This document shows, one piece after another, positions 55,201 through 64,000 of a DNA stretch of 64,000 nucleotides. Each line of letters starts with the position of its first letter. The stretch's first letter is position 1. A program made the position numbers and the translations under genes. This DNA comes from Phoronis australis (taxonomy: Eukaryota > Animalia > Phoronida). The DNA is taken from NCBI GenBank assembly GCA_002633005.1, contig NMRA01000453.1:62001-126000 (forward strand), written 5' to 3'. Below the pieces are notes generated by a model. That model ran no database searches. It had not been told where the DNA came from and saw only the letters and a program-made list of their open reading frames with translations.

Positions 55201-58200
55201 ATTTTATGTCTTAAGTGTGTTTTTAACGGGAAATCCGCAATTTTTCAAATTTTCTGAGACGAAATCAATAGAAGAGGCGGATTTAAGGGGGAGGGGGGCA
55301 AGAGGGCCATGGCTCCCCTAAAATTCTCCCAGATACCATTTGGCAGTTCGGATGAGAATTGTTGACTAGCATATGCGCGCACCCAAGGGGAGCTCGGGGG
55401 GCGAATGCACAATGCATAGGCCTTGAAGAAACCCCGTTTACCGTTTTTTATTTGGTGATAAGGTCCACAAACCTAGACATTCGAGACCCCTGCATGAATA
55501 AATTTTAGGCTGGGCGCGCGCATATGGCGAAATTCTGGTTATTCCTGTTGCCCTGGCCCCCCTAACTCAAAATCCTAAATACGCTCTTGAGTAGCCTCAA
55601 ACTTCGAGTTAAAGCATTTTCAAGTACTTTCCAGTTGTTTTATGCATTTGTTTGTTAAAAAATGTCAATAATAAAACGTAACATATGTTATATTATACCA
55701 CAATATTAGCGTCAAATGGCAAATACAGCCGTTAGTTATCTTACTAGTGAGCGGGAAACCGAGGCCGGTTTCGAAGCCGGGCCTCAAGAGTTACGAGTCG
55801 CCGACTTTACCACTACACCACTCTGCGGCTGACGTCATCGAATGCGAAAATAGAATACTTAAATGAGCACGCGCAACAATCGTGTGTTCAGCAAAGGGCA
55901 TTGTACCGACATTTATACGTTGTGAAAAATAAGACGCATAATTTCCATAAAAACGATATTTTAATTCAGTGAAATTTTTCTCTCGTGTTCTTCCACTTGT
56001 AAATCACTGATCTCCAATTTGAATGCGGGTATCGTGTCGTCGGGATCGTCGGGATCCTTTGACTTGAGCATAATACTCAGTTATTAGTTGTAACCTACTT
56101 TAGCAGACGATATTTTCCCGGTCGAAGCTTAGCGTGATAAAATGTGTAGTAAGCTGTAATAGTTGCTAAATCTTAATTTATAGATTCACTTTATTTCTAT
56201 TTTGTTTAAATTTTCAATTGGTTTTGAGAAAAAGCATTATTTGACAAAAATAGATCGGCTTTTATTAAAAGGTGACGACCTCCGACCCCGGGCCTCTGAC
56301 ATAGAAAGTAGTTACAAAGCCGAGGAGAGTCGAGACATGTAGATCGATTCATTGCAATGTTTCTCGTTTAGTATGTGGTATAAATAGATTATTGCATGTT
56401 CTCAGTCGCTATCCCCCTTATCTAGAGCCCTCGTGGATTTTGTAGAATTATCACCCTCGGGGCTAACGCCCCTCGGGCGATAATTCTCCAAAACCCACTC
56501 GGGCTCAAGACAACGAGGAATAACGACTTCGCCATGTAGTAACCTATATTTAACTATTTTATCGGTAAAACTCGTCTAACTTCTCTGTGGGCGAATTTCA
56601 ACATATTCTATACTCTCAACACGTTGTCGACTAACTTTCAAGCAAATTGTAAGCGCTAATATTAAAACACGGAAAATTCCAATCCTACAACATCTATAAA
56701 GAAAACCCATACCTGCTACTTGCAAAATATTTATAAAGGCAGCTGAAAAACCTTGAATTGAGCGGCAAATCGTCCACCACACTAGCACACGTCATTTCTT
56801 ACTGTTCACTCTGTCGGGTACACTGTACACGTCCGCGAGTAAAAACAGGTTCTCAGTTTTGCTAGAGATAGGTCGTAAGTTGTCTAAAATTCTCATATAG
56901 TAAAATAACATATCACAACAACTACATGTATTTAAAGTGGGAAGATTTACTTTTTCATCATTATGTGAAATTGATACATGTGGTATGAACACAACGGACT
57001 CTAAAGGTACTAAGATACTATTTTCTTGAGATAAACAATGTTTAAGAAAGTGCGGGAGTGGTGTTTCGGTCCCCGGGTGTTCTGCATCTTGATAGGGCCT
57101 TTCTTATGTGCACAAAGACGGCAAACTTGGTCACTTGTTGGTGCTGTCCATTTTGCGTGGCGTGAGTTTTGAACTCAATGTCGAAAGCAAACGTCCTGTG
57201 GAGAATGAAAAAGCACTTGAACCCCGTGCAAACTTTTGGAATTAGGATACTGAGTGTTTCTGGATTTATAACTGTGAGATTTATTTCACAAATTAAATTT
57301 TCACGCGCGTTAAAATGTTTAAGCTTGGACGTTCAGCACGGCAAAATCAAAGATCCAAAAACAAAACGGCCGACTTCGGCCGCCATACTATTATTCAGTT
57401 GTTTATATGTAATCACAACTGAGTGGAGGAGCATTAATGTTTCGATCCCCGGCAGTCATGTTCAGTCCCCAGCGGTCCTGTTTTGTGGTGGCGCGGTCAC
57501 GTTTTTAGGCGTAGCGGTCCCATTTTCTGGTCTAGCGGTCCCATTTGATCCCGTAGTACCTGTTTTGTGGTGAGTCAGTCCGATTTGGAGGACGGCGGTC
57601 CTGTTTTGAGTCCGGCGATCATGTTGTTTCTCACCAGTGCCGGGCTCTTGTTTCCTCATTACCCATCGTCTTCGGTTACGTCATCAGTCCTGAGTTGACG
57701 TTTCGTCACACTCCGCTTTTTAAGTTTATTTAATATACGACCGTGATGCGTACACAACCCTACGGAATACGATTTGGCTCAATGAAGAAAAAATTCAGGT
57801 GGGAAATAAAATGCGTCCATATTCCTTGTCACTCGAATGGTTCGCGAACTACGGCATTTGAACAGGTTGCTGAAGATAACGGTTATAATCAGCGACAAAA
57901 TAAAGCTATAACACAAGGCAGGGAATGGCAATTCGTAGAAATGGCGTCGGGCACAATTTGCCCTACCTCATACACGGGTGACAGAAGTTTTCACGGTGGT
58001 GTCAATTTATGCCGTGTCGCATATTGAGTACACTATAATTTATGACTATGCCTTTTACCTAAAGCCACTGAACTGTTAACAATCTGACCTTGTGCTTGTT
58101 CAAGCTAAACAGGATACCAAACGTTATCCCCCATTTCTCGGCATGATAAGTACATAAATCAATACGCCTCTGCAGGCCTGTCACTGTAAAAGCAAGGATG

Positions 58201-60472
58201 TCATTCCCGTCTTTTTTGGTGACCTGAGTTCCCTGTTCATCAGTTCTGGAATGATTCTTGATTGACAGCTTTCCATAAAAATGTATTAATATCACCTGTT
58301 TTCTTTGCTTGTTTTCTTATTTTGTTTTTTATACAAATTTTATTGCCTATTGTCCAAATGCTTATCCATTTGTTTGCAAATGAATAGTTATTAAATACAA
58401 TTGTAACGTCAATCGTGAATACGTCGCACTTACCGCAGCCAGCACTAAGTGCCCCGACTCATGGCGAAGGTAAAGCAAAGAGTGCACTCTGGTAATAAAT
58501 TACAGGAAACATCTTTCTATATCTGTAAATGCAGTTTTTTCATCAACCTAGCGTGGAACCGGGATGAAAATATGAGAAGGGACTGTTTGGCAATTGCCGA
58601 GTCTACCTGCACCGCGCTTTGTAAGTTGGCTTGGCAGCAAACTGACACTGGTCTAGTGGCGTTTAAAATGTAAAGCGGTACAAAACATTCACGCTCAAAC
58701 ACGAGAGCTTTGGAGCTACTGATCAGATAAACAGTGCACGTAAATGAAGTCGATCAGACGAAAAGTTCGATCTCTAGCACGAAAATGATGGACCAGCAAA
58801 GTGCAGTTAGAAAGGCAATAAATGAACAGCAAGTGACCAGCAAACCTCTATGTCAGAGATTGACTGTGGGCTTGTTTAAAAGATAGCTATACTTTGAGAT
58901 TGTGCGTAGATGGAGAGTGACTAATTAAACCCAATAATTAATTTATTATATGATAACCATTAATTAGACTAGTGAACCCTGTTGTTAATTAAGTAATCAA
59001 CTACAAAGAAGATCGAGTAACTACGCCAGCGCCCTCTTGAAAGATTACTTCAATCAAAACTAAAATAAACTAATGTCTTATCTGCTATCCAAGCTAGGAC
59101 TCTCCACTTGTTGGATGACTGTCCTGTTGGTGAACCTTCGAACTACGCACACTGTATTGTGACAGTGCACTTTCTGGTCACCGTCTCTGGTGATGCAACA
59201 CTTGCAGGCAATTTCTTCTACTCGCGATTCTTCTTTCTGGTCACAGTCTCTGGCTGGTGACGCAACACTTCAGGTACCCACGATGCAAGTGACAAGCTCT
59301 TAGTTAACTTCCTGTTCGTTAACCCTTGCCCTTGCCAAGATCCTTTCTAGAATCTTCCACGAAATGGTTCTGTCGTACAATTTCCTCTGTACACTGTAGC
59401 AAGTGTTTATGCTTCAACTACTATAGCTCATCTGAATTTCTTTTTGACTTAAGCCCATATTATAATATTCTACTTATTCTGTGATTGGTTAATAAAAACC
59501 ACATGATCATATCCAATCATATCATTGGCTGTTACAGTTTGTTCTCAGAATTTTCTAGAATCTCTAGAGTACTTTGACCCCAGAACCCAAAGTTGTAAAC
59601 ACCATTCAAAAATAGATTTTGACGTTAAAGTACATGTCAACAAGTTTGACCCCATGATTTAAAAGTACATAATATGCACAAATTTTGGGCAACTAAAATG
59701 GATCTATTATTACTAATTACTTAATCAATATTTATTCTGACACTCTAATATCTCGAGAAAGTTGAGTCGTGGCGGGAAACAGAATGCCCATGCAGACAGC
59801 ACTTGTCGAGATCCATCCACATACCGATTTCCAGAAAGACCCGTCAAGGAACACCGAAGATACGGGACGAAAATCTAATGAATTAAAGAGCATTCACCGG
59901 AAAATCTCGAACACGAGAGAAGTCCAATAAAAAACAAGTGGCGCATTACCCTTCCGAGACAGTTGACAGACTAAGGTTCTGCAAACCAAAAAGAGGAAAA
60001 TAACCGCTACAGTGAGATCTTGCGTCCAGTTTTCCACCAAAAACAATAGGCTTTTAAATGCACCAGAAACATGTCGTGTGTAAATTCTACACTGATCGAT
60101 AAGTAATGCGACCTGTAACGTGCGAACAAAGAAACAAACAAAAATCAAACAAAAATCAACTTTCATGACATAGCAAGACTACCATTTCATCCAGTAACAA
60201 CTTTTATGACAAAGTAACAGACTTAGAGAAATTTCATTTCACCAGTTAATAACATCGAAAATATTTTCTTTCCGTTTTAAAAGTGCACAAAAGTTCGACG
60301 TTACAATCACAAGAGAAAAACATCATCGTACCTGTTGCTTAGACAGTGGCGGATCTAAAGTGCGAAGGCCAATTCCCAACCCTAAGCCAGCCGCCATGGA
60401 AATGATTAGCGCAATGACTATAACGTTTTGCTTCAGACACCCGCGACATTTTTCTCCTCGACTTTTGCCCAT
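31086..60472 (-). CDS. SLC1A: SLC1/EAAT-family excitatory amino-acid (glutamate/aspartate) transporter, 9 coding exons, 495 aa
   Basis: Exons 60332-60472, 49922-50214, 49696-49738, 46177-46258, 45292-45487, 44481-44714, 42481-42675, 33910-34044 and 31086-31254 splice in frame (1488 nt) across GT-AG introns. Family motifs present: [75 protein letters not shown]. The exact paralog cannot be assigned. Confidence 0.95.
32092..33745. mobile_element. Kolobok-like non-autonomous DNA transposon, copy 3 (in SLC1 intron 8)
   Basis: TIR AGGAG(C/A)A(C/T)GCCACCC; TTAA at 32088-32091 and 33746-33749; colinear with copy 2. Confidence 0.9.
33910..34044 (-). CDS. SLC1A: SLC1 exon 8 (HP2-TM8a)
   Basis: ctctcaacag|, [45 protein letters not shown], |gtaagt; 135 bp. 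Confidence 0.96.
36443..36950. mobile_element. P-superfamily-like non-autonomous element, 7-bp TSD
   Basis: ATGCAAC at 36436-36442 and 36951-36957; TIR CATAGATTATAG / CAGAGCCTATAG (9/12). Confidence 0.6.
36744..36894. mobile_element. Harbinger-like MITE
   Basis: TIR core CGTTCAGTA..CGC.AGGACC; CAG on both sides; second copy at 12910. Confidence 0.65.
36974..37883 (-). mobile_element. HINE family A, complete copy
   Basis: AACAA..CAACG..CGTTG hairpin end; about 150-bp core monomers; (GGAC)n microsatellite; terminal palindrome ATGCGTCCACATAT-AA-ATATGTGGGCGCAT plus AAAAA. Confidence 0.8.
38710..39209. mobile_element. Foldback MITE with about 21-bp degenerate subterminal repeats
   Basis: Perfect 33-bp TIR GGGGAATCAACAATTGGTCGGACTTCAAAACCA; no clear TSD. 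Confidence 0.8.
39454..41490. mobile_element. Harbinger-like TIR element hosting a HINE insertion
   Basis: TIR GGGAGCATTCACATGTTACGTCAT versus CGGAGCGTTCACATATTACGCCAT; TAA on the left only. Confidence 0.45.
39811..41020 (+). mobile_element. HINE family A, inverted copy
   Basis: Starts TTTTTATGCGCCCAAATAT; CTAGTGGC monomers; ends near CATTTCAACGCT. Confidence 0.78.
42481..42675 (-). CDS. SLC1A: SLC1 exon 7 (HP1-TM7, NMDG motif)
   Basis: gttttcag|, [64 protein letters not shown], |gtaggt; absent from the ORF track. Confidence 0.96.
44481..44714 (-). CDS. SLC1A: SLC1 exon 6
   Basis: catcag|, [15 protein letters not shown]...[22 protein letters not shown], |gtatgt. Confidence 0.95.
45292..45487 (-). 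CDS. SLC1A: SLC1 exon 5
   Basis: ttttccag|...[50 protein letters not shown]|gtaagt. Confidence 0.95.
46177..46258 (-). CDS. SLC1A: SLC1 exon 4 (glycosylated extracellular loop)
   Basis: ctatttcag|, [27 protein letters not shown], |gtacgt; three NxT sequons; phases 0 and 1 bridge exons 3 and 5. Confidence 0.82.
47270..48593 (-). mobile_element. HINE family A, complete copy, apparently nested in a related element (47056-49525)
   Basis: AACAAGAGCAACGCGGAGCGTTG start; GCCACTAG monomers; ends ATGCGACCACATATAAATATGTGGGCGCATAAAAA. Confidence 0.82.
49696..49738 (-). CDS. SLC1A: SLC1 exon 3
   Basis: ctttgcag|[15 protein letters not shown], |gtaagg; matches the conserved NxFPxNLVxACF segment. Confidence 0.93.
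49922..50214 (-). CDS. SLC1A: SLC1 exon 2 (TM2-TM3)
   Basis: Acceptor ttttctctttag|; [30 protein letters not shown]...SILDLIR; donor AG|gtgatc. Confidence 0.95.
52202..53866 (-). mobile_element. HINE family A-related copy with long internal array
   Basis: AAACGCGGAGCGTTGATATGCG start; about 10 monomers; ends GGACGCCAGACGGAC...ATGCGCCTACATAT. Confidence 0.8.
54114..54276 (+). repeat. Left arm of an inverted repeat pair (partner 57451-57634)
   Basis: GAGAAACGACATGACC...CCACCACAAAACAGG...TGAACATGAC is the reverse complement of 57451-57634. Confidence 0.7.
55273..55590 (+). mobile_element. hAT-like MITE with nested MITE (55372-55527, TIR CATATGCGCGC.CCCA)
   Basis: Outer element is homologous to 16563-16708, which lacks the inner element. 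Confidence 0.65.
55759..55829 (-). pseudogene. tRNA-derived sequence (SINE head or tRNA pseudogene)
   Basis: A box TGGTGTAGTGG and B-box-like GCTTCGAAAC at tRNA-like spacing; poor cloverleaf. Confidence 0.45.
56382..56549. mobile_element. Palindromic MITE (Crypton-like non-autonomous)
   Basis: Imperfect palindrome of about 165 bp centred on GGGGC-TAAC-GCCCC; no TSD seen. Confidence 0.55.
57451..57634 (-). repeat. Right arm of an inverted repeat pair (partner 54114-54276)
   Basis: GTCATGTTCA...CCTGTTTTGTGGTGG...CATGTTGTTTCTC. Confidence 0.7.
58120..58205 (-). mobile_element. Short LINE reverse-transcriptase relic
   Basis: [28 protein letters not shown] resembles the segment after YADD (GLQxxxDxxxxxxxxWxxxFN). 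Confidence 0.4.
58851..59742. mobile_element. Solo LTR (892 bp) in SLC1 intron 1
   Basis: TGTCAGA...TCTGACA inverted ends with perfect 5-bp TSD CTCTA (58846-58850, 59743-59747). Confidence 0.8.
60332..60472 (-). CDS. SLC1A: SLC1 exon 1 (N-terminus and TM1)
   Basis: Kozak accATGG; [47 protein letters not shown]; donor CAG|gtacga, phase 0, matching exon 2. Confidence 0.88.
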
Positions 60473-61981
60473 GGTATGGTTGTTTCTAGTTGGTGGTAAA
60501 AGTTGGCGAATTTAAATTTGTCACCTGTAAATAAATATGACAAATGTGAATAAAATCGCAACGAGGTGCGTTCATGACGTTCATATATCACGTACTTTAA
60601 TATGACATCTACGTTCAGATTTATACGTGCAATATAACCTTTTACCAACTATTTCCTTCTGTGATGCAACAGATGAAAATGTTTCGATGAAAGTCCAAGT
60701 GTCCCTCGTATGTGTACGAAACCACCGCTTGATTACGATTTTTTTGTTTCAGTCGGCTATCCTGGTACTGTGTACATAAATGTGTTTTTGACGTCACCCC
60801 ATCAGGTGGGCAGTGATCGAAGCAAGGAAATGTTGCAGTTCTTTTCCAAATGTAAGTTTGACGTTTTCAGATTTTATGTACTGTGGACGCAAACGCTTTA
60901 TAGACATCGGTATTTCTGAAAGTTCCTTGTGCAAGAACCACTTCAAACTCGATGTATTTAAAATATGTCAGTTCATAACTGTCAGTTTACCCAGTTGAAA
61001 TTCAACCCGTCTGGGCTTGAGATTTGTCGTTCATCATGTTTCCACAGGGCACCTTTTCAGTATAGGTGGCGCTGTGTCAGAGGGTATGCCGCCGCGAAAT
61101 ATTCGATTTGAGTGACAGCCCTGTAACCTTTGACCTCGGATAAGTAGTAAACAAATTGCCACCCAGTTGTAGGTGGTTGCACTAAATCTATTTTTCTCGC
61201 TACACGGTAAATACTTCGCATTTGAAATTCCTCGAGAATGAAGATAATGTACTTTGCTACACATATGTGAAATATTGTAAAAACTGCCATTTTTGTGAAT
61301 AAGGTATGAGATATCGTTAAGTTGTGAAAGGTGAAAGTCTCAAGGTCCTCGGTTAATTACTCGATGAAAATTTGTTTTCGGTCAACATAACCTATACATG
61401 CCAAATAAGAAGTTCAATAACTTGGTAAAATTGATCAACATTCATCTTTTGGCTTTTTCATGTTTTAAAGAACATGGAATAGCTCGGCGTTACTTATATT
61501 TTCACGGAGCTCACCCAAATTGTTTCAAAAGTGATGCTGTTGATTGTAAATTACCTTTTCTTTCCTACTCGTTCACTCGAAATAGGGTTTTAAAAAACCT
61601 AAAGTTCATCACTTTGGACTGAACATTAAAACGGTTCAGGTATTTGTAATTAAAGTAGTTTTATATTCTACCACAAGTTAGCAGTGTGATTTTAAAAATA
61701 TTTTTACTGCTCTTTTGAACTATTCTACCCTTTCAATTTGTTTAATGTGACCAACAGTGTTTAAATGTGTCTGTTTAAATACCCGAGACATCATTTTTGA
61801 TAAAAAATGACGCACTTAACACAAACTCTAGATTTCAACATTTGTCATTTTTCAACAAATTTATTGGCAAATTACACGAAAACATGCAACTTTAAACGCG
61901 AGAACTTTTCGCATTTGAAAAGTACACCTATGAAAAATGTCGAAGTAAAATTATCAGGCGAAAGTACTCACGAAACTTTTT

Positions 61982-62052
61982 AAAGCCCCTACAGCTCAAA
62001 GCCCCTACACCTCAAAGCCCCTACAGCTCAAGGCCCCTACATCTCAAAGCCC
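61982..62052 (+). repeat. 16-bp tandem repeat (AAAGCCCCTACAGCTC), about 4.4 units
   Basis: Directly visible. Confidence 0.9.
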
Positions 62053-62311
62053 ACTGACTACAATGCCCGTGATGACTTGAGTTGCCGGCTTATTATGTAA
62101 CGAATCAAGATGGGCGATGAGCGTCGCAATGCAACTCGGTTAGAAATTCAACAATGACGGATTAACAGCGGCGACATGCAGTTCTAATGAACAACTAAGT
62201 GCTATTTTATAGCAGTATTACGTTCATTTGACGGACAGTAAACATGCAGCATCCGAAACTAGTGCTAGCAAGTTATGACGAAGAAGTACACGATATTTTC
62301 ATTGGTACCAG

Positions 62312-62340
62312 CTAGGAACCAATACGAGATTGGTTCCTAG
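62312..62340. mobile_element. 29-bp perfect hairpin with 7-bp TSD (micro-MITE or excision footprint)
   Basis: GTACCAG | CTAGGAACCAAT-ACGAG-ATTGGTTCCTAG | GTACCAG. Confidence 0.75.
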
Positions 62341-64000
62341 GTACCAGTCAATCTTACGCAAATGGCATACCACGGTATTTCGTTTTGGTGCATGCCATTC
62401 CCACGAACCATAGTTAGACACACGAACATCAACATGATGTACAGTTTACGAACAAAAATTCTTACAATTAGTATAACAGCCAACTCATTCGGACAAACAT
62501 TTTGTGAAAAGCAATGTCAGGTCAAATATGGTCCGTACATGAATGATTCGATATCCTACGAGTAGACTACGAGCTTTGTGTACGAGTTTTGCATGATTTT
62601 ATATCCATACATTCTACGCCTGCTGAACAATCTGAAATAGCAGCACGAAAGGGTACATTTTGAAACATATCGAAGCTAGTTATCCAAATCTTAAATATTA
62701 CCCGAGACTCTTTACCTTCAAGTAACCTTTGCTGAAATAAGTACATAGACACACAGATTTGTTTGCCCAACTGCGCGCGCAGCAGTAGTCTGTTTTCAAT
62801 TCGTTTCCTTGTAATGGACTCCGGGAAGACTTCGATTCAATAGACAACATTGTTCCCGAGTTTGTATAGACGCATTGTAGCACGCAATCATGGCAATGCG
62901 GAGCGCCTAACAAATGACGCAAGTCATGAAATAATGTGCAATGACCGCCGACGATTTATTGCCCAGAAAGATTCTGTGTTAACCCTGGGCGCTGGGAGTA
63001 CACTGAGCTGTACGGTACATCTCTTGGAGGCCTATATAGGTACACGTCCCCACCCAACAAACTCGTGGACTACCAATATATATGCTGGTGCACTTACCTG
63101 CATAGCTACAGCTTAATCTTCTTATTTGACAACTTGTTTGACCCTCTTTCCTGGATGACCGTATAAGATATTTCAGATCCGCAATATTGCGCGTATCTTC
63201 TCAATATTAAAGATCGACTCGTTTCTGGATCGACTTCTCACATATCTGTGATTGTAGGCCTACTTATATCTAGCTCCCCATTTTCTAAGTGGTCCCTTTT
63301 CTGGTTTTCCTGACCTTCTATATTTAAATGTTTTCGACGCATCCGTTAATTGCGCTTATAGGTCGCCCACCACCGGCTTTAGTTCACGTAACAGCTCAGT
63401 GGACTCCGGCCAACATGACAAACGCAGGCCCGTAGCCAGCATTGCGCAGGGAGTGGTTCGAATTTCTAGTACGGTGGACCTTTGATATTTTGCAAATGTC
63501 GAAACTGTAGGCACCTGACGCAGCTTAACTAGGGGGGGGGGGGGGGNAATCTGTATACACAACGACGACTCTCAGCTCTATGTTCCCAAGATCAGACAGA
63601 TATATATCGTAATACCAGAAATGAGGATCATGGCCCTGACGGTTGCTCACAAAGAATGGGACCCAAATCCGGATGGAATGTGGTCCAGAAAGAGAACGCT
63701 CCCGCGTTATCCCCACCCAAACTTTCAAACTGAGCGTGCTTAAACGAATGATATAACGCCTCAATTACATATTCGGACGGAAATGATCGACTTGGAATAG
63801 TTTGATCTGTTGTATTTTGCGTGTTACTTAACTTACATCGCTGGAAATGGGAACAACCCACTGTCCAAAGGTTCACTACTCTGAAGGTTCATTATTCCGA
63901 AGCCAAGGTTTACTAACTCCGAAAAGATTTAAAATTTTGGACTTGTGTATCAGATATACTTTTACCTTAAAAAATAAACTACACTTCGGTTATTAGATGG

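Noticed and set aside
55759-55829. Functional tRNA gene
   Set aside because: Acceptor and anticodon stems do not pair well and the B box is imperfect; kept only as tRNA-derived.
57678-57720. Permuted hammerhead core on the minus strand (GAAACGTC...CTGATGA)
   Set aside because: Stem I cannot form and stem II has a mismatch; could be chance.
60344-60356. CAGTGGCGGATCT looks like the hAT-MITE terminus
   Set aside because: It is the reverse complement of SLC1 exon 1 codons (LDPPL) and has no partner TIR or TSD.

Overview
This is AT-rich eukaryotic (metazoan, probably marine invertebrate) genomic DNA with an assembly gap (N run 3214-3400). One intact protein-coding gene can be reconstructed by hand: a 9-exon, minus-strand SLC1/EAAT-family Na+-coupled glutamate/aspartate transporter (ATG at 60472, TAA at 31086, 1488-bp CDS, 495 aa). 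All eight of its introns are GT-AG with matching phases. The rest is a dense, often nested set of mobile-element relics. These are three copies of a TTAA-flanked Kolobok-like element carrying convergent THAP and KolX/P2X7-ballast-like remnants; two families of Helentron-associated (HINE-like) elements, one with a 3-monomer higher-order repeat; P-, hAT-, MULE- and Harbinger-like MITEs with visible TSDs; a solo LTR; Gypsy gag and LINE fragments; tectonin-repeat gene fragments; and minisatellites. The most unusual signal is two unrelated 29-bp perfect hairpins (12-bp stem, 5-nt loop) flanked by 7-8 bp direct repeats, which look like P-type excision footprints or micro-MITEs. I found no prokaryotic systems (CRISPR, operons). 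All calls come from manual reading, with no database searches.
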